From: an uncultured archaeon
Lineage (GTDB): Archaea > Aenigmatarchaeota > Aenigmatarchaeia > Aenigmatarchaeales > Aenigmatarchaeaceae
Assembly (NCBI GenBank): GCA_964608725.1
Contig: CAZSPB010000003.1
Location: 55,645-119,644, forward strand
Reading direction: 5' to 3'
DNA length: 64,000 nt
The position numbers and the translations under genes are program-made. Each line of letters begins with the position of its first letter. Position 1 is the stretch's first letter. Below are positions 38,680 through 48,183 of the stretch, in pieces. Below the pieces are notes generated by a model. The model worked only from the letters and a program-made list of their open reading frames with translations. It made no database searches and was not told the origin of the DNA.

Positions 38680-39336
38680 AATTTTCAACAAATCTTTTAT
38701 ATTATTTATAACAAAATCTGGCTTAACCCTTGCTTTCTCTTTACTACCTCCATACTTGGCAAAGACAGTCTTGAAACCAAGTTTCTTTGCAGGCGCTATA
38801 TCCCTTTTCAAAGAGTCACCAACCATAACGCATTCTTCTGGTTTCAATTTTAATTTCTTTAAGATATAGAGGAATGGTTTTGGGTCAGGCTTCTTTTTTC
38901 TAGTTTCATCATAAGTTATGACAATATCAAAATTGTCTTGGATACCCATTGCAACAAGTCTTATCCATGCTTGTATTTTTGGAGCATCTGAAAGGATTGC
39001 TAGCTTGTATTTTTTCTTAAGCTCGTTTAAAACAGGAACTACATTTGGATAAGGATAGAGCAAACCTTCTTTCACTCTTCTGTAAGCTACTATTCCAGAG
39101 GCCATTATTTTATAGTCCACTCTCCCTATTACTTTTTTCAAGAACTTTTGGAATATTCTTTGATATTCTAAACCATACTTTGAATACAATTCGAAAAGAA
39201 TCTTCATTCCTTTTTGTTTGCTTATGTTTAATCCAGCTGATATCATTGCATCCATAGCTGCTTCACAAGAAAGCCTTTTCATTTTCATGAAATCTATTAG
39301 AGTATTATCAAGGTCAAAAATCACTGCTTTTATCAT
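38671..39336 (-). CDS. HAD-superfamily hydrolase (subfamily IA-like)
   Basis: 'VIFDLDNTLIDF' motif I, 'LSDAPK' motif II region and 'MVGDSLKRDI' motif IV. Confidence 0.65.
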   Translation of the reverse strand: MIKAVIFDLDNTLIDFMKMKRLSCEAAMDAMISAGLNISKQKGMKILFELYSKYGLEYQRIFQKFLKKVIGRVDYKIMASGIVAYRRVKEGLLYPYPNVVPVLNELKKKYKLAILSDAPKIQAWIRLVAMGIQDNFDIVITYDETRKKKPDPKPFLYILKKLKLKPEECVMVGDSLKRDIAPAKKLGFKTVFAKYGGSKEKARVKPDFVINNIKDLLKILK

Positions 39337-39371
39337 AAAAATAATTAACCAAGGAAGTTAAAATATAGGGT

Positions 39372-40043
39372 ATGAAGAAGAGAGTATACTTGAAGAGAGA
39401 GTATAAAGTTATCAAGGTTTCTTCATTAATAAGCAAAAACATTAGGAAGGCTGCCCTTAAGATAATGCCGAAATTTAAGGAAGAAACTCTATTTGCTGTA
39501 TCATTAACTGTTCTCATATTGGATCTCTTGAATCAAAAGCTTTTCTTTCTTCACATTTTTGATATTCCATTTCTAATATTAGCCCTAATAGCTTACTTAT
39601 TATCTATATTTTTCGCGCTAACGCCAAGAAAATTATCAAAAGGTGGCCTCTTATTCACTTTCATAGTTGGGATTATTTTCTTAACGGAACTTCATATGGG
39701 AGTTCTTTCTTCTTTTTATTTCTTTCAAAAGTACTTTAAATTATCAGAAAGTTCTAGTCTTTTGGATAATATATTAATGTTTTTTGGAATTGCCGGAGTG
39801 GCCCACAGCGTTTTAATAGCAATTATTTTCAGGGCCGAATTGGTTCGTTTAGAGGAAATATATATAAGTGGCAATGCTGATAAAAGAATTCTTGCTATCT
39901 GTACTATAATTATTATAATAGTTGTTTTATGGGGAAAATATTGTACAAACTATCTTCCCGAGGTTATTGGATCTACAGCATTAGGTTTTTGTAATATAGT
40001 GATTGGATCAAAGAATTTGTTGGAAATGAGAAAAGAAGGATAA
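39372..40043 (+). CDS. Integral membrane protein
   Basis: Multiple TM helices. Confidence 0.35.
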   Translation: MKKRVYLKREYKVIKVSSLISKNIRKAALKIMPKFKEETLFAVSLTVLILDLLNQKLFFLHIFDIPFLILALIAYLLSIFFALTPRKLSKGGLLFTFIVGIIFLTELHMGVLSSFYFFQKYFKLSESSSLLDNILMFFGIAGVAHSVLIAIIFRAELVRLEEIYISGNADKRILAICTIIIIIVVLWGKYCTNYLPEVIGSTALGFCNIVIGSKNLLEMRKEG

Positions 40044-40054
40044 ATCTTATTTAT

Positions 40055-40351
40055 TTAAAATTCTGACTCTAAGCAATCTGTATCCATTGGCTTCAAGTGG
40101 GAACCTATTATTCTTGAATAAACTCGTTTCGATATCTTAATGCGTTGATATTCATACAACACTGAGCCTGGAAACTTTCTTGAGATCTCTTTTAAACTTC
40201 TCTTAGTTATCAAAAAATCCTTTTTACTTCCACCTTCATTAATGGAAAGTAAAAATACCCTCTCATAAAATTTACCTTCTGTATCTTCTATATTGAACGT
40301 TATGTAATCTTCTTCAAAATGATCTAGAGTTGTTCCACTTTCTTTAAACAT
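40055..40351 (-). CDS. Hypothetical protein
   Basis: 98-aa ORF. Confidence 0.25.
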   Translation of the reverse strand: MFKESGTTLDHFEEDYITFNIEDTEGKFYERVFLLSINEGGSKKDFLITKRSLKEISRKFPGSVLYEYQRIKISKRVYSRIIGSHLKPMDTDCLESEF

Positions 40352-40443
40352 GAAATTTTATACTTCAGTTAAAAATTTAAAATTAAAATGGAGTATGTTT
40401 TCAACAAAAAAGTTTAAATTATTTTTATATTATATTAAGACAC

Positions 40444-40701
40444 ATGTCAGGTAAAACATCAATCGTTTTAGTGAAAGAACATGTGACTGGAAATTATTAT
40501 GATTACATTGGAAGAGTTAATATTATAAGAGGCCAAGATGGTTCTATCAGCTACGTTTTAATAGAAGACAAAGATACAGGAGAAATTCTTGGTCAAATAG
40601 ACACTCGATACAATGATATGTTCGCTAAATACGAAGGTAAAGTGATAAAATTTAGAGGTAGAGAATGCTCTCCAGGACTGATAATTCCTCACACTAAATA
40701 A
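40444..40701 (+). CDS. Hypothetical protein
   Basis: 85-aa ORF. Confidence 0.25.
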   Translation: MSGKTSIVLVKEHVTGNYYDYIGRVNIIRGQDGSISYVLIEDKDTGEILGQIDTRYNDMFAKYEGKVIKFRGRECSPGLIIPHTK

Positions 40702-41910
40702 TTATTCAAACTCTATCGTAGCTGGTGGTTTTGGAGTTATATCATAGTATACTCCAGCTATTTCCCGCATTCTGATCTCGCTGGCTATATCATCTCTTAA
40801 AATATCACGTGGAATTGGTGTTACTTGAGCTGTTGTGAAATCTTTTGTGAGAATTGATCTTAAGATAACAAGGTATTTCCCTCTTGGGTCTCCTCTCCAT
40901 AATAGAGTTGCACACCTTCCTATTCCCTTGTTAATATTATCCTTTATTATCTCTTCTGAATAATCTATCAAATCTTTCGTTTCATCCCATGAATCGAAAA
41001 GGAGGAGTTTGGTATAGCTTCTCTTACCTTCAATCATTCCAGTAACTTTATCTTCTGTTACTCTAGGATCTTCTATGTCAACATCTGGGTGAACTTCTAT
41101 TTCAATTTTATTAGTTTTATTATCCACTAGAGCACATAAACATTGGTAATCCATATCTTCTTGAGAAGAGTAGCGGAGCATACTCGCTGTTACTTCTTCC
41201 AATTTTGGCCTTACTAAAGCATCAACTTCTCTCAAAACTTCCATCTTTTCTACTGTAACTTGACCAATTGCTCTACAATACAAGCCTGGGCCAGGGAAAG
41301 GTTTTCTTTCTGTAACTTCTGATGGTAATCCTAAGTACCTTGCAACTTCTCTGACTTGAGGTTTTCTTAAGTAATATAGAGGTTCTATAACTTCAATTCC
41401 TTCTTCTTTAAATCTTTTCTTTTGCTCTTCTAGCAAAACGTTGTGCTGTCTTTTAAGTTTAAGAGTTGAAGTTTCTAACCAGTCTGGTTCTATAGTTCCG
41501 TGAATGAAAAATTTTGCATCAAACATCTTTGCTTCTTTTAATGCTAAATCAAAGTAAGTTTTGCTAACTACTTCCCTTTTCTTCTCAGCATCAGCTCCTG
41601 CTTCCATTACAGCCTTTAAAAAAGTTTCACTATAATCGTGAAAACTTGTTGGAATTCCACATCCATTGTTTAAATAGTAAATCACATCTTTCCATTCATC
41701 CTTTCTCATACCTCCATGATCAAAATGTCTCCCTCTGAAACCTCTTTCTCCTAATGCTTTAACAGCTAACTTTCCACAAGTTGTTGAGTCTATTCCTCCA
41801 GAAAGAAATCCTAGAACTGTTTCATCAGCAACTGCATACCTTATTCTCTCCACAGTCTCTTCAACAAACTCTTCTGGGCCAGTATATTTTTTCACAGGTT
41901 CAAAACTCAT
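40702..41910 (-). CDS. guaA: GMP synthase subunit B-like PP-loop ATP pyrophosphatase
   Basis: 'LSGGIDST' PP-loop and the C-terminal 'KPFPGPGLYCRAIG' GMP-synthase dimerisation-domain motif. Longer than typical archaeal GuaAb. Confidence 0.55.
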   Translation of the reverse strand: MSFEPVKKYTGPEEFVEETVERIRYAVADETVLGFLSGGIDSTTCGKLAVKALGERGFRGRHFDHGGMRKDEWKDVIYYLNNGCGIPTSFHDYSETFLKAVMEAGADAEKKREVVSKTYFDLALKEAKMFDAKFFIHGTIEPDWLETSTLKLKRQHNVLLEEQKKRFKEEGIEVIEPLYYLRKPQVREVARYLGLPSEVTERKPFPGPGLYCRAIGQVTVEKMEVLREVDALVRPKLEEVTASMLRYSSQEDMDYQCLCALVDNKTNKIEIEVHPDVDIEDPRVTEDKVTGMIEGKRSYTKLLLFDSWDETKDLIDYSEEIIKDNINKGIGRCATLLWRGDPRGKYLVILRSILTKDFTTAQVTPIPRDILRDDIASEIRMREIAGVYYDITPKPPATIEFE

Positions 41911-41946
41911 GTTTTTATTTAAAGAGAAAAAAATTTATTTTTAACT

Positions 41947-42867
41947 TCATTTCTCTTTAAGAAAACTATTAAACTTCATTTCAATCCCTTCATAAACTTT
42001 TTCAAGTTCTGAAAATTTAGTTGGATTTTTAACTTTATCAAGAATTTCTTCAAAATCTTCTCTAAGGCCAACAGCATCAAAAAATTTTACTTGCTTAAGA
42101 TAATCATTTGTTATTTTCCTCATTTTCTTAGCATAACCTTCCTCACCTTTATGTTCAAATGGTACAGGGTAGCTTGAAATTAATAGAACCGGTAGAAACC
42201 AATCTATGGGTCTTGTTCGCCCTTTCTCATAACCTTCAGATTTGAATCTGTTGAAATTGTAGCTCGATGAAATGAAAACATCATCCTTGAAACCAAAATC
42301 AATACAAACTTCATTTGCAGATATATCATCACAAACAATTTTCAAACTCACAAAAACAGAGGTAAAAGCTTCTGAAAATGAGTCATACATGTACTTCTCA
42401 GTGAATTTCATAAATGCTTTTTGAATTGGTTTGTAGTAACCATAATCTATCTCAAACTTGTGAGAGAATTCGTGCTTAATCAAAGGTTTCTTTGCTCTTC
42501 CAGCTTTAAAGAATTCCCTAGCATTTATGATCAAGTTTGGTTTAAGTGTCTTCTCTTCTCTCGTTCCTATGATGTTTTGAATATCCTTCGTTGAATAAGC
42601 CATTCTTGCCACTACTCCCTTGAAGCATTTGAAGGCCTCCTTTGGTATTGATGTTATCAATCTTCCGTGGGCTTCCTCCCATTCTCTATCATTCCTGCAT
42701 ATCCAAACGTTAAGGTACTCGTTACCCCATTCACCAAAATCTTTTAGGGAATCTGATACCAATTTCTGAACCTCATTTAAGCCATATGGCCATGTATAAA
42801 GGTAATTAACCTGAACTTTTTCTTTAGGTAATTTCACAGTTTTCGTTTCTGAAAGCCATCTTACCAT
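41947..42867 (-). CDS. Hypothetical protein with an HExxH motif (putative Zn metallopeptidase-like)
   Basis: 'KHEFSHKFE' HExxH motif. Confidence 0.3.
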   Translation of the reverse strand: MVRWLSETKTVKLPKEKVQVNYLYTWPYGLNEVQKLVSDSLKDFGEWGNEYLNVWICRNDREWEEAHGRLITSIPKEAFKCFKGVVARMAYSTKDIQNIIGTREEKTLKPNLIINAREFFKAGRAKKPLIKHEFSHKFEIDYGYYKPIQKAFMKFTEKYMYDSFSEAFTSVFVSLKIVCDDISANEVCIDFGFKDDVFISSSYNFNRFKSEGYEKGRTRPIDWFLPVLLISSYPVPFEHKGEEGYAKKMRKITNDYLKQVKFFDAVGLREDFEEILDKVKNPTKFSELEKVYEGIEMKFNSFLKEK

Positions 42868-42935
42868 GAAACTTTTTAGTACAAAAAAGAATTTAAATTC
42901 GAAAATCGTTTAAAGATTGCCTTTTTATTTTTTAT

Positions 42936-43688
42936 ATGAATTTTGATTTCAAAGTTCAGAAAGGCCTTGATAAGAAAACAGTTGAATTAGCTAAAAAATT
43001 AAAATCTGATTTCACTAGAACTTTCCCTGTTTTTGTGATGCACTTACCCTATGGCTTTACTTCAGAAACACTCTCAAAGAGAGTAAAGTACAGGATATAT
43101 AAGTTTAATTCAGATAGTAATAACTCTGAAACTTATAACTTTAAAAATGGTTTTGGTTACGTTTCCTTGAACTCTAAAATACTGAGAAGGGATTATCACA
43201 AAGCTTTTCAATACTTTTCGCATGGTGTTGCCCATTCTTTCACTTGCTTTAACAAATTCGGTCTTGAATTCAAAACTCTTATGGAAGAAATGAATGCTGA
43301 GCTAGTTGGCTATAGGGCATTAGAATTTTTATTAGAAAATAATGATGAAAAAGATGTTATTATCGAAAGAGTAAAGAAAGCTTCTCCTTCAAAATATACT
43401 GAAGCTTATGAAATTGGTGAAAGGTTAGAAGAAAAGAAGCCAGGCTTTTTGAGAAAGTTAAATTCTTTGTTATATCAGTTAGAGAGAAATTCTCCAACAA
43501 GTATTTTAAAAAGAATTCCATTCTTGAAATTTCTTGATAAAGAAGAAAAAATAATTGAAAAGGTTGAAAAGGAGTTTTTAGAAGCTTGTAAGGAATTAGG
43601 AATTAAAAAAGAAAAGCTAGAAGATCTTGAAAGAAGATTTGGAAATGAGAAGATGTATTTGAGGGAAGAAATTTTTATCCCAATATAA
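42936..43688 (+). CDS. Hypothetical protein, apparent divergent paralog of the upstream HExxH protein with the motif degenerated
   Basis: 'HKAFQYFSHGVAHSF' aligns with 'HEFSHKFEIDYGYY...KAFMKF' of the neighbouring gene. Confidence 0.25.
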   Translation: MNFDFKVQKGLDKKTVELAKKLKSDFTRTFPVFVMHLPYGFTSETLSKRVKYRIYKFNSDSNNSETYNFKNGFGYVSLNSKILRRDYHKAFQYFSHGVAHSFTCFNKFGLEFKTLMEEMNAELVGYRALEFLLENNDEKDVIIERVKKASPSKYTEAYEIGERLEEKKPGFLRKLNSLLYQLERNSPTSILKRIPFLKFLDKEEKIIEKVEKEFLEACKELGIKKEKLEDLERRFGNEKMYLREEIFIPI

Positions 43689-43795
43689 TTTCAGGTTTTT
43701 TTCTTAGATAAAAAATAGTTTATCGGAATAGTTAATTTTAAATAGTTTAACTTATAATTAAAATATAAGAAATGAATATGTGATGAAGTGATGAT

Positions 43796-44110
43796 ATGGT
43801 GAAAAGAATAACAATAAATGTAAATGATTTATTATATGAAAAGATTCAAAAAATAAGAGCAGATATAATAAGAAGTTTAAGAAAAAATGTTAGCTTTGCG
43901 GCTGTATTTAATGCTGTTGCTTTTGGTGGATTATTGGCAGCTGATAAATTTACTGAAGCTGACTGGAAGTTAATATATTCATTTATTAAAGAATTCGTGA
44001 GATCAGAAAAAGCTAAAAGGCTACCAGAAAAAAAATTCGCGAAAAACATAATTGAGGTAGAAAAACGAATACAAATGATGATAAAAGTTAAACAAATAGT
44101 GAGAGAATGA
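43796..44110 (+). CDS. Hypothetical protein
   Basis: 104-aa ORF. Confidence 0.25.
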   Translation: MVKRITINVNDLLYEKIQKIRADIIRSLRKNVSFAAVFNAVAFGGLLAADKFTEADWKLIYSFIKEFVRSEKAKRLPEKKFAKNIIEVEKRIQMMIKVKQIVRE

Positions 44111-44538
44111 TATTACTCACTATTATCTTGGGTTTAATTATAATCTTTTTAATATTTGTTATACATCATTACAGAAAACAGATAGAAAAAGCGGAAGAAG
44201 AGATAATTAAACTTAGAGAAACTAAATTTTCAAAAGCATTTAGTCTTGGTAGTAACCAAATAAAGGGCTTCTTTGCTCAAATTCTTGGAACCTTCGCAAT
44301 GCTAAATGAGTATGATGAAATAATAATTCTTTCTACCACTTCAAAACAACCTTCACTTGATTTACTAGGAATAAAAAATGACTCACTTGATTTTATCGAA
44401 TTGAAGAAAAGTGGTGCAATGTTGACTTCTAATGAAAGAAAAATTAAAAAACTTGTAGAACAAAAGAAAGTTAAATACAAAATAATAGATGTTGAATTGC
44501 CAGAAAATACGACAATTAAAGAGAGGATTAAAAAGTGA
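44107..44538 (+). CDS. Membrane-anchored small protein with a PD-(D/E)xK-like nuclease motif
   Basis: N-terminal TM helix; the 'SLDLLGIKNDSLDFIELKK' D..(E)LK pattern resembles Mrr/Hjc/VRR-NUC catalytic cores. Confidence 0.3.
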   Translation: MILLTIILGLIIIFLIFVIHHYRKQIEKAEEEIIKLRETKFSKAFSLGSNQIKGFFAQILGTFAMLNEYDEIIILSTTSKQPSLDLLGIKNDSLDFIELKKSGAMLTSNERKIKKLVEQKKVKYKIIDVELPENTTIKERIKK

Positions 44539-44542
44539 TCCC

Positions 44543-45889
44543 ATGGTATCCCTAACCTTCTATGGAGGAGTTAACGAAATAGGAGGAAATAAGATACTAC
44601 TTGAAGATAAAGGTGCGAGAATATGGTTTGATTTTGGCCTATCTTTTAAGAAAGGCCAGAAATTCTATACAGGATTTTTAACAGCAAGAAGAGCAGCTGG
44701 TTGTGCTGATGATCTTGAGTTAGGAATAATACCAAGGATAGAAGGTTTGTATTCAGAAGAAATGTTGAAATTCACTGATTTGAAGTATAAAGAGCCTGAG
44801 TTCGATGGAATAGTTATATCTCATGCTCACATGGACCATTGCGCGCATTTGCAGTACATAGATGAAAAAATACCAATTTACCTTGGAGAAACAACTCATG
44901 CAATAATTAAAACAATAGAAGAAACTAGCTCTGGAGTAAAATTTGGTGAGCATAAGTATAGAAAATTCAGAACAGGTAATAAAATTACTATAGGAAGTGT
45001 TGAGATTGAGCCTATTCATGTTGACCACAGCATTCCAGGTGCTTACGGTTTTCTTATTCACACAACAGAAGGAACAATAGTTTACACAGGAGATATAAGG
45101 TTTCATGGCCCTGCTGCAATAATGAGTATTGAGTTCATTAAAAAAGCTAAGGAATCAAGGCCAATTGCCTTAATAATTGAAGGTACAAGGTTAGGGAGAG
45201 AAGAGAAAACAGAAAAAATGACTGAGGCTGATGTTCAAAGGCTTGTTTGCAAAATATTAAAAAGAACAAGAAAGTTCGTTGCAACAACATTTTATGGAAG
45301 GGATTACGATAGGATAATGAGTTTTTACCATGCTTCATTGAAATGTGAGAGAAAATTTACTGTTTCAATGAGGACTGCTCATTTATTGAATAAGCTAAAG
45401 CATGATAAAAGGTTGAATTGTCCTGATCCATTGAAAGATCCGAACATACTGATATACATTAGGAGGAAGAAGAGTTACTATAAGTGGGAAAGGCCTTACA
45501 TTAACTCTTCTAATGCTGTTAACTATGAATGGATAAGGAAGAATTTTTCAAATGTTCTATTGAATCTTGATCTTTACAATTTTGCTGAGCTTGTTGATAT
45601 AAAGCCTGATGGTGGAGATTTTATTCATTCGATGTCAGAACCTTTTGTTGAAGGTGGGTTGGATCAGATTGAGCAAGAAGTTATGTTGAATTGGCTTGAG
45701 CATTTTAATTTGAAATTTCATCAGGCCCATGCATCTGGCCATTGTTCTGTTAAGGATTTGGGAAAGGTTGTTAGATTCATCAGCCCTAAGGTTGTGATTC
45801 CTGTTCACACGGAGAATGCTAGATTATTTAGAAAGTTTGGAGTAAAAGTGAAACAGTTAAAGAGCGAAAAAGTTAAAATTATGGTTTAG
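44543..45889 (+). CDS. rnj: Archaeal RNase J-like beta-CASP metallo-beta-lactamase ribonuclease
   Basis: 'GGVNEIGGN' RNase J N-terminal signature, the 'HAHMDHCAH' MBL motif and downstream beta-CASP His/Asp residues. The ATG at 44543 is preferred over the longest ORF. Confidence 0.65.
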   Translation: MVSLTFYGGVNEIGGNKILLEDKGARIWFDFGLSFKKGQKFYTGFLTARRAAGCADDLELGIIPRIEGLYSEEMLKFTDLKYKEPEFDGIVISHAHMDHCAHLQYIDEKIPIYLGETTHAIIKTIEETSSGVKFGEHKYRKFRTGNKITIGSVEIEPIHVDHSIPGAYGFLIHTTEGTIVYTGDIRFHGPAAIMSIEFIKKAKESRPIALIIEGTRLGREEKTEKMTEADVQRLVCKILKRTRKFVATTFYGRDYDRIMSFYHASLKCERKFTVSMRTAHLLNKLKHDKRLNCPDPLKDPNILIYIRRKKSYYKWERPYINSSNAVNYEWIRKNFSNVLLNLDLYNFAELVDIKPDGGDFIHSMSEPFVEGGLDQIEQEVMLNWLEHFNLKFHQAHASGHCSVKDLGKVVRFISPKVVIPVHTENARLFRKFGVKVKQLKSEKVKIMV

Positions 45890-45915
45890 AAAGAAAAAAA
45901 AAGATAATAATATAG

Positions 45916-46635
45916 TTACATTTTTTTCGATAATTCTTCTAAAGCTGTAATAATATAATTTATTTCCATTCGAATTTGCTCCATGTAAATGTTAGCCAAA
46001 AAATTATGTGCGGCAGCATCACCTAGAAATTTACTTCTTTTCAAATGAATTGCCGTCTTTGGCGAAATATAAGGGGTGCCATCTTTTCCTTTTTCTCTTG
46101 AGGCTATATTAATCATTTTTTCTAACCCAACAATTTTTTTATGATTTGATGGGTCATTTAACTTTTCAATCATACCTTGTTTTGCAAATGCAAAGTAAAT
46201 GGACTTTTCTATTATTCTTCTTAAAAGAAATGCTGTACAATTGCCACTTTTATTCCAGACTAAATTCAAATCGTTAAAATCTATCTTAAATTTTTCTCCA
46301 AGCTTTCTGAGTAGTTTCTTTGGAAAAAAAGCAAAAAAGGTATTTGGAGTATTTCGTTCTTTAAACTTAACCCAAGAACCATACCATATTCTTTTACCAT
46401 CAACAAATTCGGTTTTTACTATTCCATTTTTTATAAAAGGTTTCATATAGGTAATAACTATACTACTTTTTATTCTTTTTAGCGTGGCGTTCCTTAACTT
46501 TTTAGCAATTTCGCAAGAGTACATTGGTGTATGAAGTATCTCATTTTTAAGAATAAGATTCTTAATTTCATTATATAGAGAGTCTTTTTTAAATTTCATC
46601 TTCATTAATTTTTTTCTAGCTTCTGCGAATTGCAT
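45916..46635 (-). CDS. Hypothetical protein (accessory; possible HEPN/Abi-like C-terminal region)
   Basis: 239 aa; 'RSKFLGDAAAHN' loosely resembles an R-x(n)-H HEPN-type motif. Last gene of a 3-gene minus-strand operon. Confidence 0.25.
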   Translation of the reverse strand: MQFAEARKKLMKMKFKKDSLYNEIKNLILKNEILHTPMYSCEIAKKLRNATLKRIKSSIVITYMKPFIKNGIVKTEFVDGKRIWYGSWVKFKERNTPNTFFAFFPKKLLRKLGEKFKIDFNDLNLVWNKSGNCTAFLLRRIIEKSIYFAFAKQGMIEKLNDPSNHKKIVGLEKMINIASREKGKDGTPYISPKTAIHLKRSKFLGDAAAHNFLANIYMEQIRMEINYIITALEELSKKM

Positions 46636-47042
46636 TATTTCACTTTTTTAAAATTATTTTCAACATATTTTTCTCCAGAATTAGTGAGTTGAAATGCCTT
46701 AAACCCCTCTTTTTCGCCAACTTCCATTATATAGCCTTTTCTTATATTCAAATTTATTTTATCATTAATATTAAGGGGAATTTTTTCCCTTGCCTCTATG
46801 AAGATTTTTTTAAGATCATTCTTATTAAAAGGTGTTAATCCCTTATATTTTTCTAGATAATAACCCATTGCTAAGGTTTTGTCGGTATCACTGTTAGGAT
46901 TTTTTTCATTTAAAAATTCTCTTATTGATAGAGGTTTAATCACAGGGGTAGATTTTCTGAATAAACCTTCTAATTCTGATAATCTCTTTTCATGATTTTT
47001 TAAAATAATTTTAATTCTTTCTATCTCATCCATAAAAACCAC
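46635..47042 (-). CDS. Hypothetical protein (middle gene of 3-gene operon)
   Basis: 135 aa; start/stop overlaps with its neighbours. Confidence 0.3.
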   Translation of the reverse strand: MVFMDEIERIKIILKNHEKRLSELEGLFRKSTPVIKPLSIREFLNEKNPNSDTDKTLAMGYYLEKYKGLTPFNKNDLKKIFIEAREKIPLNINDKINLNIRKGYIMEVGEKEGFKAFQLTNSGEKYVENNFKKVK

Positions 47043-47045
47043 CGT

Positions 47046-47321
47046 CTAATTTAATTTTTTTACCCTTTTATATCTCCATTTTTCTTGTCCTATCCTCTGT
47101 TCTTTAGATAGTTTTTCACGTTCTAACCCTATGGAAGAATCTCTACACATCAATGTTAACTGCCTATTAACCGCACCAATTTGTCTACCTTTGAGAGTGA
47201 ACCCACGAGCTGATAATTTTTTAATGACTTCGATTGAGGTTTTAGGTGTATCAAAAAAACCATCATCCACCAATTCTTTCAAAATTTTCTTTATCTTCAT
47301 ATTATATTTAATACAGCTCAA
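47046..47321 (-). CDS. Small winged-helix transcription regulator
   Basis: 'SIEVIKKLSARGFTLKGRQIGAVNRQL' wHTH-like. Confidence 0.35.
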   Translation of the reverse strand: MSCIKYNMKIKKILKELVDDGFFDTPKTSIEVIKKLSARGFTLKGRQIGAVNRQLTLMCRDSSIGLEREKLSKEQRIGQEKWRYKRVKKLN

Positions 47322-47362
47322 GGGTATTTAAACTTTTCTATTCCTTGTTTTATTATGTGAAT

Positions 47363-47449
47363 TATGAAAAAATCAATATAAATCAAGAGAAAATCGGGAC
47401 AGTCAATTAAATTTGCATATTTTTAATGAGTTACTTATTAATGAAAAAG
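47363..47449 (+). repeat. Direct repeat copy 1 (87 bp; frameshifted duplicate of the 5' end of the gene at 47642)
   Basis: Matches 47641-47725 except for one extra A in the 'ATGAAAAAATC' run. Confidence 0.8.
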
Positions 47450-47640
47450 CGAAGAAATTTTGTTTGTTAAGAATTTTTTGATAAAAAATATGAATTTTTA
47501 ACGTGAAAAAAGTTTAAGTATATTCTACATCTGAAAAAAACATAATGTTCATAATTTCCTTTTTAATTTGTATCGAAAAACTTATTAAGAATATTTAAAG
47601 ATACAGTAAAATTTAAATATTTATTATTTATTATAAATAT

Positions 47641-47725
47641 TATGAAAAATCAATATAAATCAAGAGAAAATCGGGACAGTCAATTAAATTTGCATATTTT
47701 TAATGAGTTACTTATTAATGAAAAG
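47641..47725 (+). repeat. Direct repeat copy 2 (85 bp; includes the start codon and first ~28 codons of the regulator gene)
   Basis: Identical to 47363-47449 apart from a 1-nt indel. Confidence 0.8.
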
Positions 47726-48085
47726 GAATTGTTAATTCAACTTGTCGAAAGGTTGAAAAATAAAGTTAAGTTCTTAGAAGGATCTTCATATCCCATTTTT
47801 CTAATTGACATGAATAGACTAGTAAATGAGGAAAAAATTGCTTTATGGTTAATTACAAAATTTATCTTAAAAAAAATTGGTGCTGTTGAAAATGAAGATA
47901 TGTCTATTGATGAATTAGAGGAGAAATGTAGATTAAGTAGAAAAATTATTATAGCAAGGCTAAAAGACTTAAGAGATAAAAAAATAATTGAAAGGACTAA
48001 AGGAATTAACTTTAGGATAAATTTACCTGCTGCAATTTTCATTTTAGATAAAATAGATAAGAGACTTGAAAAGGAAATTAACTAG
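47642..48085 (+). CDS. HTH DNA-binding protein (putative regulator at the head of the R-M/defence block)
   Basis: 'MSIDELEEKCRLSRKIIIARLKDLRDKKIIER' HTH-like segment. Confidence 0.4.
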   Translation: MKNQYKSRENRDSQLNLHIFNELLINEKELLIQLVERLKNKVKFLEGSSYPIFLIDMNRLVNEEKIALWLITKFILKKIGAVENEDMSIDELEEKCRLSRKIIIARLKDLRDKKIIERTKGINFRINLPAAIFILDKIDKRLEKEIN

Positions 48086-48183
48086 AGGTTTTTTAATCTT
48101 ACTTCCAATTTTTCCTAAAGATTATTATTAAGATTATAAATAAATATTTCTTTTACAAAGAGATTATTAAAAGTGAAATAAAT

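Noticed and set aside
47450-47640. Possible small gene or ncRNA in the 190-bp spacer between the two 86-bp repeat copies
   Set aside because: Extremely AT-rich with no ORF of useful length or stable hairpins visible by eye; treated as intergenic/promoter DNA.
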